A stretch of 64,000 bases of DNA. Source: Spirochaetia bacterium (lineage in GTDB: Bacteria; Spirochaetota; Spirochaetia; SZUA-6; Bin103). A model generated the notes under the pieces. That model was not told the DNA's origin, searched no databases, and saw only the letters and a list, made by a program, of their open reading frames with translations. The position numbers and the translations under genes are program-made. Position 1 is the stretch's first letter. Each line of letters opens with the position of its first letter. The DNA is taken from NCBI GenBank assembly GCA_965203515.1, contig OZ241907.1, positions 1,664,001-1,728,000 of the forward strand, written 5' to 3'. Of this stretch, positions 16,966 to 26,923 are shown in pieces.

Positions 16966-17166
16966 AAACCGGTGTCGCAACGGCCGGGACGTTGCCACAA
17001 GGGGACGTGGGTTGGCAAGCACGGGAAGCGGCGGCGGGAGGCGCCCCGTCGAGGTCCCAGAGCAACGGTCAGATCGGCGCTGGTCGGGAGGCGTGATGGC
17101 GTTCGCAAACGGCTTGGCGCGTGGTGGGCGGCGGACCGGATCAGGCGTGAGGCAGTACCCGGGGTG

Positions 17167-17455
17167 TCAGTCGCGGCCGTAGCCGAGCGGCGGCTCGATG
17201 CTCTCCAGGTCAGCAAGATCAAGGTCGCAGATCGCCTCCAGCTTGACGGCGACCGCAGACTCCCGGAGCGGGTCGGGCAAGTGGTCGAGCCACGCCTGGT
17301 ACTCGTCCTGAAGGTCGCGCAGGGTGCGCACCGCATCCTGCCAGCGTTGCGGGCGCGAGCGGCGGTCGTGCGGCCTGCGGAACTGCACCCGGCGGGGCAG
17401 CGGCGTTGCGGCGCGCGCGGTAGCGGCGTTGTCGTGCCGCGTTGCTCAACGCCAT
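17167..17455 (-). pseudogene. Small IS passenger ORF with a 1-bp frameshift at about 17388-17390
   Basis: MALSNAARQRRYRARR joins VQFRRPHDRRSRPQRWQDAV...EPPLGYGRD if one G is removed. Confidence 0.6.
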
Positions 17456-17470
17456 AGCTAGTGCGCACCG

Positions 17471-18346
17471 TTACGTAACGGGCGGCTGACCGGCCGATCC
17501 TGGATCCTGGGAGCCCTGAGCGGCCGCCGGAGTGTCACTGGCGGCGGCCGGGTCGGTACCGGCGGCCGGCTGGGCAGCCGCGCGGCGCTGCACGGCGGTG
17601 CGGCGGCGGTAGCTTTCGACGTTGAGTTCGAAGATGGTCGCGTGATGCACCAGCCGGTCGACGGCCGCCAGGGTCATGGTGGGGTCGGGGAAGATCGTGT
17701 CCCACTGGCCGAACGGCTGATTGGCGGTGAGCAGCAGCGAGCGCTGCTCGTAGCGGGCGATGATCAACTCGAACAGCACGCTGGTCTCGGCCTGATCCTT
17801 GGTGACGTAGGCGAAGTCATCGAGGATCAGCAGGTGGTACTTGTCGAGCTTGGCGATGGCTGCCTCCAGGGTCAGGTCGCGGCACGCGCGCTGCAGCCGT
17901 TGGGTGAGGTCGGTGGTGCGGGTGAACAGCACCCGGAAGCCGTGCTCGATGAGCGCCAAGCCGATGGCGGCTGCCAGATGGCTCTTGCCGGTGCCGGGCG
18001 GTCCGATGAGCAGCAGGTTGGCGCCTTCGTCGAGCCAGCGGTCGCCGGCGCAGAGTGCGGTCACGTGCGCCTTGGACAGCAGCGGCACGACGGCGAAGTC
18101 GAACGAGTCGAGGGTCTTGCCGGCCGGCAGCCGCGCCTCGCGGAGCTGGCGCTGGAAGCGGCGGCGGGAGCGTTCGGCCAGTTCGTGCTCGGTCAGGGCG
18201 GCCAGCAGGCGCGCGCCGGGCCAGCCTTCGCGGTCGGCCTGGGCGGTGAACTGCGGCCACAGCGACTTGATGGTGGGCAGGCGCAACTCGCTGAGCATGA
18301 GGTTGAGCGCGGCGTCGTCGATCGGCTGGTCGTTGCGCCGGTTCAT
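17471..18346 (-). CDS. istB: IS21 helper ATPase IstB
   Basis: LRLP, KTLDSFDF, Walker A GPPGTGKS, Walker B LLILDD, AVDRLVHHA, ESYRRR. Confidence 0.95.
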   Translation of the reverse strand: MNRRNDQPIDDAALNLMLSELRLPTIKSLWPQFTAQADREGWPGARLLAALTEHELAERSRRRFQRQLREARLPAGKTLDSFDFAVVPLLSKAHVTALCAGDRWLDEGANLLLIGPPGTGKSHLAAAIGLALIEHGFRVLFTRTTDLTQRLQRACRDLTLEAAIAKLDKYHLLILDDFAYVTKDQAETSVLFELIIARYEQRSLLLTANQPFGQWDTIFPDPTMTLAAVDRLVHHATIFELNVESYRRRTAVQRRAAAQPAAGTDPAAASDTPAAAQGSQDPGSAGQPPVT

Positions 18347-19872
18347 GCCGCACCCGCCTGGGAGACGCCGGCGTGGTCGGGATGATCGAGCAGCAGGTCG
18401 TAGTCGGCCAGCGAGCCGGCGTGCACGCTGACCTGCGGCAGGTCCTGCGGATCGGGCAGGAAGCGCTCCCGCAGGGTCTCCGGGTCGGGCAGCTGACCGG
18501 CGGCCAGCAGGCGCTCCAGGTGCTCGCCCAGGGCGGCCTCGCAGCCCTGATCGTGAGCCAGCGCCAGCAGCCCGACCATGCGCCGGCAGGCCTCAGACTC
18601 GTCGAGCGCCGTCAGCAGCGCCCGGAAGGCGCGCCGGTAGGCATCGCGGGGGAACAACTGCTCACGGTAGGTCAGATGGCGCAACGCCATCGGCTTGCGG
18701 CGCAGCGCGTGGATGAGGTGATGGTAGTTGACCACGTGCCCGCGGCGCCCGTCGCCCGACGGCTTGCCCCGCGGCAGGCTCAGCAGTTCGCTGGCGCCGA
18801 GGAAGACCTGCAGCCGATCCGGGAACAGATGGACGCGCAGGTGGTGGCCGATCAGCCGCGACGGCACCGAGTAGAAGACCTTGCGCAGCGTGAACCCGCT
18901 GTGGGAGGTGACCCGCACCCGTTCGATCTCGAAGTCCTGCACGCGGCGTTCGGGCAGCGGCTGCAAGGCCGCGCGTTCGGCGTCGATGCGCTCCCGGTGG
19001 CGGGCGTTGTGGCGCCCGACCAGTTCGGCGATCAACCGGCGGTAGGCGTCCAGGTCATCGAACGAGCACGAGCCGCGGAGCAGCAGGGCCTGATGGAGGG
19101 CGCGCTTGAAGTGGCCGTGGGCGCTCTCGACGCTGCCGTTCTCATGGGCGGCGCCGCGATTGTTGCGGGTCGGGCGCATGCGGTAGTGCTCGCACAGCGC
19201 CCGGTAGCGCTCGGTGAGATCGTCGTGGGCGCTGCGGTCGAGGTTGCGGAACGCCGCCGACAGGCTGTCGGTGCGGTGTTCCTGGGGCGCGCCGCCGAGC
19301 GTCCACAGCGCCTGCTGGAGGCCGGCGCTGAGGGCGCTGAAGGATTCGCCGCCGATCACCACGTCGGCGTGCTCGAAGCCGGAGTAGGGCAGCCGGAAGT
19401 GGTACAGCAGGTGCGCCAGCGGCGCGCCGGCCACGACGACGCTGAGGTTGGTGGCGGCGGTGAAGTCTGACAGGCCGAGCAGACCGGGCGGCTGACGCTG
19501 CGCGAAGATCACCTCCTGGTCGGGACCGTGCAGGGCGCGCCAGCGGCGCACCCGGCGTTCCAGGGTGCGGCGCACGCTCGGCGGCAGTTCGGGGTGGCGG
19601 CGCAGCAGTTCCTCGAAGATGGTCACCGGGCGCAGGTCGGGCGTCTGCTGCAGCAGGGGGATGACTTCTTCTTCGAAGATGCCGGCCAGCGGGTCGGGCC
19701 GCCGGCGAGTGCGGACGGTCGGTTTCTGGGACGGCAGCTGCGGATCGGATTCGATGCGATAGGCGGTGGCGGTGCTGATCCCCGCCTTGGCGGCGGCCAC
19801 CGACGGCTGGTCCTTGGTGCGCAGGTTCATGTAGTGCCTCACGTGGTGATCGGTCAGATGTCGGCCCGGCAT
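18343..19872 (-). CDS. istA: IS21 transposase IstA
   Basis: N-terminal HTH, DDE motifs GLSDFT / HRTDSLSAAF / HENGSVE, YSVPSRLIG. Confidence 0.95.
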   Translation of the reverse strand: MPGRHLTDHHVRHYMNLRTKDQPSVAAAKAGISTATAYRIESDPQLPSQKPTVRTRRRPDPLAGIFEEEVIPLLQQTPDLRPVTIFEELLRRHPELPPSVRRTLERRVRRWRALHGPDQEVIFAQRQPPGLLGLSDFTAATNLSVVVAGAPLAHLLYHFRLPYSGFEHADVVIGGESFSALSAGLQQALWTLGGAPQEHRTDSLSAAFRNLDRSAHDDLTERYRALCEHYRMRPTRNNRGAAHENGSVESAHGHFKRALHQALLLRGSCSFDDLDAYRRLIAELVGRHNARHRERIDAERAALQPLPERRVQDFEIERVRVTSHSGFTLRKVFYSVPSRLIGHHLRVHLFPDRLQVFLGASELLSLPRGKPSGDGRRGHVVNYHHLIHALRRKPMALRHLTYREQLFPRDAYRRAFRALLTALDESEACRRMVGLLALAHDQGCEAALGEHLERLLAAGQLPDPETLRERFLPDPQDLPQVSVHAGSLADYDLLLDHPDHAGVSQAGAA

Positions 19873-20057
19873 GGGTGCTCCTTGGGGTGATAGTCCCAAG
19901 CACCCTATCCAACGCCGGGCCGGCCACGATCACCGGGCCGCGAAGCCCCCACGGGGGCGCCGCCGCGCGCCGGTGACTACGGTCAGGCTACGCCCTGCCG
20001 CCGCCATCGGCGGCCCCTCCATCCTCCTCTGTCGGAGGCAGCCACCCTACCCGCGCA

Positions 20058-20105
20058 TTCTCATCTTGATTGTCGCTGCATTCTCATCTTGATTGTCGCT
20101 GGACA
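20058..20105 (-). repeat. IS21 terminal inverted repeat (istA end)
   Basis: TTCTCATCTTGATTGTCGC twice, ending GGACA. Confidence 0.9.
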
Positions 20106-21031
20106 AGCCGCTCTTCGCGCCGCCGCAGCAGCAGCACCAGGGAGACCGACAGCACGCCGACGATGAACAGCATGTACATGGCGAGGCTCGACCCGTAGGA
20201 CATGCGGTTCTGCTGGAACCCGACGCGGATGATCTGCAACGCGATCGTCTCGGTGGCTCCGGCGGGTCCGCCGCTGGTAAGCACCACCACCATGTCGTAG
20301 ATGCGCATGTAGCCGGTAAAGAGAAACACCACGTTGGCGGTGAGCGCCGGCGCCAGCCAGGGGAAGGTCACCGCAGCAAACCGTTGCCACGCGGACGCCC
20401 CATCGATGGTGGCGGCGTCGTAGAGGTCACGCGGCACGGCTTGCAGGCCGGCGAGGTAGATCACCGTCACGAATCCCGTGTCGTGCCACACGTTGATCAG
20501 CAGCACGGCCCAGGGCGCAAGCCTCGGATCGCCCAGCCAGTCGATCGGCTCCATGCCCAACGCGGCGAACGCGCCGCTCAGGATGCCGTTGTAGCTGAGC
20601 AGCGCCTTCCAGATGAAGCCGATCGCCACGGCGCTGATCAGAAGCGGGAAGAAGAACACGGACCGGTAGAGATTGGCCATGCCTCCCGGCCGGCTCACCA
20701 GCACCGCAAGCAGCAGGCCGAGCGCGTTACCGGCGGCCGCGCCGGGGATCGTGAAGAAGAAGGTGATGCGCACGGCGTTGAGGAAGTGCCGGTCCTGCGC
20801 CGCGCGCACGAAGTTTCTCAATCCCACGAAATTCATGTTCGAGCGAATCCCGTCCCAGTCGAAGAACGAAAAGTACAGACTGAGCAGGATCGGCAGGAGC
20901 ATGAACGCGGCGTAGACGATGAACCCCGGCAGGAACAACACCGCCGTGCCGATGGCGTCGCCGCCGAGCACGGCCGGCCGCCGGCGCACGCGGCGGCTCG
21001 GCAATCGCCGCCGGGCGCCGGCGCTGCGCAA
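20084..21031 (-). CDS. Carbohydrate ABC transporter permease (MalF-like); last codons supplied by the IS
   Basis: FVGLRNF, LAGLQAVPRDLYDAATIDGA, TSGGPAGATET; start uncertain. Confidence 0.88.
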   Translation of the reverse strand: MRSAGARRRLPSRRVRRRPAVLGGDAIGTAVLFLPGFIVYAAFMLLPILLSLYFSFFDWDGIRSNMNFVGLRNFVRAAQDRHFLNAVRITFFFTIPGAAAGNALGLLLAVLVSRPGGMANLYRSVFFFPLLISAVAIGFIWKALLSYNGILSGAFAALGMEPIDWLGDPRLAPWAVLLINVWHDTGFVTVIYLAGLQAVPRDLYDAATIDGASAWQRFAAVTFPWLAPALTANVVFLFTGYMRIYDMVVVLTSGGPAGATETIALQIIRVGFQQNRMSYGSSLAMYMLFIVGVLSVSLVLLLRRREERLVQRQSR

Positions 21032-21036
21032 AGGGA

Positions 21037-22317
21037 CTACTCGCGCTCGGCGTCGTTCCAGAAATCGTCGAATTCCCGGAGCGAACGCCGTACGTCGGTA
21101 ACGCTGCCGGCCAGAAACGACTGCCCGACGCGATCGTACACGGCCATGATACCCGCGGGCGGAGATTCGCCGACGATCAGGTTGTACAGTCCGGACGTCG
21201 TAGGCGGCACGGCCAGCATGTCCATCATCTCCTGCTGGAGCGGCGTCATGGGATAGGTCAGGGGCGGGTCCAGAGCGGAGAACAAGCCGTCGACCTGCAG
21301 CAGCCTGGCTCCGTACACGTCGTCCATGTACGCGAACTTCATCAGCTCGAACGCCAGTTCGGGATGCTCCGAATCCACGTGGATGCCGCCGCTTCCGTAG
21401 CTCAGGCTCTGCAGCAGGTGCGGGACTCCATCGGACGACGGCGCGAAGAAGACGCCCACCTCGAAGTCCTTGTCGGCGTTGCCTTCGGCGGCCGTGAACC
21501 AGCTGCCCATCGGGTAGATCGCCGCCTTGCCCGCCAGGAACTGCTGTTCCAGGTCGGCGTAGCCGACGCTGAGCGCGCCCTTGTTGAAGCACTCGCTATC
21601 GACGAGCTGCTTGAAGTACCCGGCGGCTTCCGCGAAGCTCTCCTCGAAGGACACCGCGCCGTCCCACCGGTCCGCGTACCATCGCGGGTTGTGATGAAAT
21701 ACCTCGGCGGACGTGAAGATCGCGAATGCGTAGCCGGCCACCCATTCTCCGCCGGTGATGATGGGCGTGATGCCCGCCGCGCGCAGCTTGCCGCACGCAT
21801 CTGCGAACTCGTCCCAGGTACGGGGCGTATCGTCGAGACCGGCCTGCGCCCACAAGGACTTGTTGTAGAACAGCAAGCCCTGCGGCTGTATCGCGGTAGG
21901 AAGGCCATACAGCGTTCCCTTGTAGCGGGCCGCTTCCAGGTTGCGGATCCGCTCCAGATCCGGATCGTCCTCCGGCAACGGCCACAGGATGCCGGCGTCG
22001 GCGAACACGTTGATGGTGACGTTGGACATCAGGTCAGGCACGTCGCCGGCGGCGATTCGGGTCTTTATGAAGTCGTCCGCGGACGGAGTGACCGCCGCGT
22101 TGGCCTCGATCAGCTCGACCGTCACGCCCGAGTGCTCGGCCACGAACGCGTCGGCGACCTCCTGCCAGAACTCCAGGCTGAGGTTGGGCGTTACCCAAAC
22201 CTGCCAAGTGATCTCCTTGGCAGCCGCGGCTGCCTCGTCCTGCCCGGCGGCGAAGCCGCTGGCCGCGCCGTACAGGAATACGCACGACAGAACCGCAAGT
22301 CGTTTCTTGGTAGACAT
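21037..22317 (-). CDS. Sugar ABC transporter substrate-binding protein
   Basis: Signal peptide, AGDVPD, LFYNKSLW, PRTWDEF, GKAAIYPMGSW; AGGAGG RBS. Confidence 0.9.
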   Translation of the reverse strand: MSTKKRLAVLSCVFLYGAASGFAAGQDEAAAAAKEITWQVWVTPNLSLEFWQEVADAFVAEHSGVTVELIEANAAVTPSADDFIKTRIAAGDVPDLMSNVTINVFADAGILWPLPEDDPDLERIRNLEAARYKGTLYGLPTAIQPQGLLFYNKSLWAQAGLDDTPRTWDEFADACGKLRAAGITPIITGGEWVAGYAFAIFTSAEVFHHNPRWYADRWDGAVSFEESFAEAAGYFKQLVDSECFNKGALSVGYADLEQQFLAGKAAIYPMGSWFTAAEGNADKDFEVGVFFAPSSDGVPHLLQSLSYGSGGIHVDSEHPELAFELMKFAYMDDVYGARLLQVDGLFSALDPPLTYPMTPLQQEMMDMLAVPPTTSGLYNLIVGESPPAGIMAVYDRVGQSFLAGSVTDVRRSLREFDDFWNDAERE

Positions 22318-22421
22318 CTGTTCCTCCTGTTCAAGAAGCTGCGATCGATCCATGCTGCGCCATTTTGGCCGGTACCGTCAACCTCCGGTCGAGACGATGG
22401 CGACACGGTCGGCCGCCCGGC

Positions 22422-23252
22422 CTACTGCTTGACCGCGCCACCGGTGAGCCCGGTAACCAACTGCTTCTCGATCAGGTAGAACAGCGCCAGCACGGGAATG
22501 ATCGCCAAAAACGCGGCGGTCGTGAGCATCTCCCACTGCGTCGACCAGCGGCCCACGAAGTTGAACAGCGCGATCGTCAGCGGCATCTTTCCCTTCGACT
22601 GCATGAAAGAGAGCCCGAAGAGAAACTCGTTCCACCCATAGATGAAGGTATAGATCATCGCCGTGACCACGCCCGGCGCGGCGATCGGCAGCATGACCCG
22701 TACCATCGTGCGCAGACGGCTGCAGCCGTCGATCAGCGCTGCCTCTTCGATTTCCAGCGGGATCGAACGGAAGTAGCCGCTCATCATCCAGGTGGTAAAC
22801 GCGATCGTGAACACGGCGACGGCCAGGATCATCGACAAGTACGTATCCAGAAGCCCGGCGCCGGCCATGATCTTGAACAGCGAGATCACGACGATGACCG
22901 GTGAGAACATCTGTACGACCAGGAACAGGTACAGGATCACGCCGCGCCCCGCGAACCGCAGCCGTGACACCGCGTAGGCGGCCGGCACCGTCAGACAGGC
23001 GTTCAGCAGCGTCGCCCCCACGGCGATGATCGAGCTGCTCTTGAAGTACACCAGCAGATCGTACTGAGTCCACACGTCGACGAAGTTCGTGAACACGACG
23101 CGCTGGGGGAGCCAGCGCGGCGGCTTCACGAAGATCTCCGTACTCGACTTGAGCATGGTCGAGATCATCACCAGAAACGGAAACAACAGGACTGCAAGGA
23201 GCGCGGCGGCCAGAACGATGGTGACCGCCTGCGCGGCGGCGCGCCGCCTCAT
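22422..23252 (-). CDS. Carbohydrate ABC transporter permease (MalG-like)
   Basis: IPLEIEEAALIDGCS, WNEF, GLTGGAVK. Confidence 0.92.
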   Translation of the reverse strand: MRRRAAAQAVTIVLAAALLAVLLFPFLVMISTMLKSSTEIFVKPPRWLPQRVVFTNFVDVWTQYDLLVYFKSSSIIAVGATLLNACLTVPAAYAVSRLRFAGRGVILYLFLVVQMFSPVIVVISLFKIMAGAGLLDTYLSMILAVAVFTIAFTTWMMSGYFRSIPLEIEEAALIDGCSRLRTMVRVMLPIAAPGVVTAMIYTFIYGWNEFLFGLSFMQSKGKMPLTIALFNFVGRWSTQWEMLTTAAFLAIIPVLALFYLIEKQLVTGLTGGAVKQ

Positions 23253-24145
23253 GCGCGTTCCGTCCGGAAGTAGGCGCGCGCGTAGACGATGCTGACGCCG
23301 GTCAGGATCAGAAAGGTGACCACCGCCATGACCGCCGCGCGGCTGAACTTGAGCCACTCGAAGCCGCTCTTGTAGATCGCCGTGATCAGGATATCGGTGG
23401 TGCCGGCCGGTCCGCCGCGCGTCAGGATGTAGATGGAGTTGAAGTCGTTGAAGGTCCAGAGCGACGACAGCATCGTGGCGATGAGAATGATGTGGCGTAT
23501 TCCCGGCAGGGTGATGAACCAGAACCGCTGCACGGCGTTGGCGCCGTCGATGCCGGCCGATTCGTACAGCTCGCCGGGGATCGACTGCATCCCCGCCAGG
23601 AACACCAGCGCCATGAACGGAATGCCGATCCAGACGTCGACCCAGAGCGTGGCGATGAACGCCGGCGCCGGATAGCCCAACCAGACCGGCGGATTCGACC
23701 ACAGGCCGGTTGCGCGCAGCGTATGGTTCAGCAGGCCGAACTCGGCGTGGTACACCCACTGCCAGAGCAGCGCGCTGATCGGTACGGCCGACGCCCAGGG
23801 AATGATGAGCAGCAGTCGGGCGACCTTGCGGCCGGGAAAGTCGACGTTGAGCAGCACCGCCGCGACCATGCCCAGCAGGGTCTTGGCGGCAACGCCGAAT
23901 ACGGTCCAATAGAGCGATCGGAACGCGATCCGCCAGAACTCGCGGCCGCTCAGGTGCTCGGCAAAGTTGGCCAGACCGATGAACTCCTGCAGGCGCCCGA
24001 GCTTGTCGGTGCGGAACAGCGACATCTGAAACACGTAGACGATCGGGTACAGCATCAGCGCCGCCAGCACCAGCAGCGCAGGCAGCACGAGCGCGTAGGC
24101 CAGCCTCGCCTCCGCGCCCCATACGCGAGTCCGTACCACCGTCAT
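23249..24145 (-). CDS. Carbohydrate ABC transporter permease (MalF-like)
   Basis: FIGLANF, LAGMQSIPGELYESAGIDGA, LTRGGPAGTT. Confidence 0.92.
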   Translation of the reverse strand: MTVVRTRVWGAEARLAYALVLPALLVLAALMLYPIVYVFQMSLFRTDKLGRLQEFIGLANFAEHLSGREFWRIAFRSLYWTVFGVAAKTLLGMVAAVLLNVDFPGRKVARLLLIIPWASAVPISALLWQWVYHAEFGLLNHTLRATGLWSNPPVWLGYPAPAFIATLWVDVWIGIPFMALVFLAGMQSIPGELYESAGIDGANAVQRFWFITLPGIRHIILIATMLSSLWTFNDFNSIYILTRGGPAGTTDILITAIYKSGFEWLKFSRAAVMAVVTFLILTGVSIVYARAYFRTERA

Positions 24146-24168
24146 CGAACGGTACCGGCCTGACGAAC

Positions 24169-24202
24169 GGGGAAGCTCACGGCATCACGCCGGAGCTTCC
24201 CC
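24169..24202. other. Intergenic stem-loop after the binding-protein gene (probable mRNA stabiliser)
   Basis: GGGGAAGCTC...GAGCTTCCCC stem with inner CGGC/GCCG; no U-tract in the sense direction. Confidence 0.55.
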
Positions 24203-24226
24203 CGTAAAAACGTGGCCGGCGGCCAC

Positions 24227-25477
24227 CTACATGCCGCGCAGGTCGTCGATCCTGGCCGCCGCTTCGTCGAGCGCTTCCTGGGGCGTCATCTGTTCGAGGT
24301 GCGCCTTCTGCACCGCGTCCCATATGATGTCGGTGTACTCGGCGAACCCGTCCATGAGCGGCCAGCCCTTGGCATTTTGGGCCGCTTCGCCGAGCGCCTG
24401 GTACAACGGCGACTGGAACTGCGGCAACCGGCCTGCGCTGATGGTGACCGGCGGAAAGCCGACCAGCTCGTCGAACGTCGCCTTCCACTCGTCCTGATAG
24501 AAGAAGTCGAGGAACGCGCCGGCCGCTTCGAGATTGGTGCCGCTGAACATCGCCACCGAGTCGGTGATGATGAGCGGAGTCGACGGCTGGCCCTCGAACC
24601 CCGGTATCTGCGCGTACTGCGCCTGAAAATCGGACCCGGCCTGATTCATCGCCGACTCTACCCAGGCGCCGATGAACACGTAGCCGGCGTTGCCCGCATA
24701 GAAGATCGGATGCGATTCCGTACGATCCAGAGCCAGAAAGCCTTCCTGCACCACCTGATCCTCGTTTGCCAGCGTAACCATGAACTCCAGGGCCTTCACG
24801 CCGGCCGGCGAGTTCACCGTCGACCGCCCGTAGCTTCCGTCCGCGAGCGTCTCGAAGAAATTGCCGCCCGCCGCGAGCAGGTAGTAGGCGAAGTCGGTCA
24901 ACTCGGTCGACTTCTTGCCGGGCATGATCAGACCATAGGCATCGGTGTCGGCGGTGATGCGCCGCGCCTCCGCGCGCAACTCTTCCATGGTCTGCGGCAC
25001 GACCGACGTGCGGTTCGGGTTGTAGGCCAGGATGCGGGCGCCGGCCGCGATCGGCAGCCCCATCAGGCGTCCGCCGACCAACGCCTCCATCGCGCCGGCG
25101 GCGATGTTGTCGATCGTTTCCGCGCTGACGTATCGGGTCACCTCCTCGACGGCGTCGAGGGCCATGAACTCCAGCAGCCAACGGGTGCCGATGACCGAAA
25201 TCTCCGGCGGCTGGCCGCCCGCGAGCGAGGTGGTCAGGCGATCGTGCATCTGCCCCCATTGGATCGGCACGATCTCTACCTCGATGTCGTCCTGCGCCGC
25301 GTTGAACGCATCCTGCAGATCGGCGCGGTACTCCTCGGTCAGCCCGTCGTACAGCGCCCAGAAGAAGGTCACGTCGGTCTTGGCCGACTCCGATTGGGCG
25401 GCGGCGAATGCCGTGCCCGCGCCGGCGACCAGCAATGCAAGGATCAGAAACGAACTGATCGCGAGTCTCTTGGCCAT
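24227..25477 (-). CDS. Sugar ABC transporter substrate-binding protein
   Basis: Signal peptide, AGGQPPEI, LAYNP..PQTMEEL, MTPQEALDEAA. Confidence 0.9.
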   Translation of the reverse strand: MAKRLAISSFLILALLVAGAGTAFAAAQSESAKTDVTFFWALYDGLTEEYRADLQDAFNAAQDDIEVEIVPIQWGQMHDRLTTSLAGGQPPEISVIGTRWLLEFMALDAVEEVTRYVSAETIDNIAAGAMEALVGGRLMGLPIAAGARILAYNPNRTSVVPQTMEELRAEARRITADTDAYGLIMPGKKSTELTDFAYYLLAAGGNFFETLADGSYGRSTVNSPAGVKALEFMVTLANEDQVVQEGFLALDRTESHPIFYAGNAGYVFIGAWVESAMNQAGSDFQAQYAQIPGFEGQPSTPLIITDSVAMFSGTNLEAAGAFLDFFYQDEWKATFDELVGFPPVTISAGRLPQFQSPLYQALGEAAQNAKGWPLMDGFAEYTDIIWDAVQKAHLEQMTPQEALDEAAARIDDLRGM

Positions 25478-25536
25478 TCAAGCCCTCCTGAGTAGTGGTT
25501 CCGGCTGACGATGATGACCGGCGGCCCCCGGTTCTG

Positions 25537-26859
25537 TCAAACGTCGGCGTCGAGGAGGAAGCGCCAGATCGGCACCACCTCGATGACGGCGCCGTCGGCC
25601 TCGATCCGCTCCCGTTCGCCGCGGGTCACCAGGGTTGCGGTCCGCACGCCCAGCTCCGCCATGGCCGTAGTCAGGGCGGAGGTCTCCCGCTTCCGCGTCT
25701 GCGGATGGCGCAGGGACTCGCACACCTGCACCAGCATCGGCCTGCCGCCGCGGCGCGGGACGGCGAAGTCGACCTCGCGCCCGGTGCGGGTCCGGTAGTA
25801 GTGGATTTCCGCGTGCCGGCGCCGCAGCGCCGTGAATACCAGGTTCTCCAACAGATGCCCGGAATTTATCAGGATCCCCGACGCAACCGAGGCGATCAGG
25901 GCGTGATCGATGCAGTACACCTTCTTCGGGTTGGCGTTCCTGCGCGCCATCGACGCGTCGAAGATGCGCACCGTGAACAGGAAATAGGCGTCCTCGAACC
26001 ATGCCAGGTACGCCGACACCGCCGCCTTGGGCACCTTGTGGCCGAGCGACTTGAGATAGCCCGTAAGGCTGTTGACGGTGTAGAGCGAAGCGGCGCTGTC
26101 GACCAGCCGGTGGGCCAGATCGACCACGGCGCGAGGATGGGAGACGTCGTGGCGCTCGATCATGTCCCGGAACAGGATGGTGTTGAAGTATTCCTGGTGT
26201 ATCCTGATCCGCAGGTCGCGTCCCAGGCCGGCGACCTCCGGGAAGGCTCCCCGCTCCCAGTACTCCCCGAATGCCTTGACGATCATGAGGCGCCGCCTGG
26301 TCGACAGCTCGCCGGCGCCGTCGATGCCGCGGTAGTCCAGGAACTCACGGAACGAGAACGGGAACAGTTCCCACGACAGCGCCCGCCCCCGCATCTGCGT
26401 GGCGATCTCCCGGGACAGCAGTTGCGCCGAAGACCCGGTGAGATGTATCCGACATCGTTCGGTACGCAGCAAGCGGTCCACGAACGGCTCCCAACCGGGC
26501 GCCGCCTGTATCTCGTCGAAGAAGCAGTGGACCGTCTCGACGTTCTTCTTCTCCGGGTAGAGCGAGTAATAGGCGTCGGTGATCAGGCCGAGACCGCCGT
26601 GCCGCAAGTGGTGGAGCCGGTCGTCGAAGAAGTTGAGGTAGAGGATGTTCTGCCGCGGCACGCCCCGGGCCAGCAAGCCGGCGATCAACTGGTAGAGGTA
26701 GGTCGACTTGCCGCCGCGCCGGACGCCGATGCAGACCGCGGCCTTGCCGGGAACCGTCTCGATGCACAGGCGCCGGCGTACGCCGGTGTCCGGCTCCGCC
26801 TCCTGGAAGTCCAGGATCAGAGACTTGAGCGCTTCGACGCTCGGCCCGTAATCGGTCAT
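25537..26859 (-). CDS. AAA_14 ATPase + DUF4143 protein
   Basis: GVRRGGKST, FFDEIQ, TGSS, MRGR, KKVYCID, LLENLV, EVDF, VQVC. Confidence 0.9.
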   Translation of the reverse strand: MTDYGPSVEALKSLILDFQEAEPDTGVRRRLCIETVPGKAAVCIGVRRGGKSTYLYQLIAGLLARGVPRQNILYLNFFDDRLHHLRHGGLGLITDAYYSLYPEKKNVETVHCFFDEIQAAPGWEPFVDRLLRTERCRIHLTGSSAQLLSREIATQMRGRALSWELFPFSFREFLDYRGIDGAGELSTRRRLMIVKAFGEYWERGAFPEVAGLGRDLRIRIHQEYFNTILFRDMIERHDVSHPRAVVDLAHRLVDSAASLYTVNSLTGYLKSLGHKVPKAAVSAYLAWFEDAYFLFTVRIFDASMARRNANPKKVYCIDHALIASVASGILINSGHLLENLVFTALRRRHAEIHYYRTRTGREVDFAVPRRGGRPMLVQVCESLRHPQTRKRETSALTTAMAELGVRTATLVTRGERERIEADGAVIEVVPIWRFLLDADV

Positions 26860-26923
26860 GTTTCTTGCCGGATACTATCGTAACCGGTAAGGATTCTGCC
26901 CGGATACGCCGTCGCGCGCCCGA

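Larger units (their letters stand above)
16918..20105 (-). mobile_element. Complete IS21-family insertion sequence, 3188 bp, 6-bp target duplication AGCCGC
   Basis: TG...CA ends; each end has two copies of GCGACAATCARGATGAGAA at 23-bp spacing; AGCCGC at 16912-16917 and 20106-20111; istA/istB inside. Confidence 0.95.
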
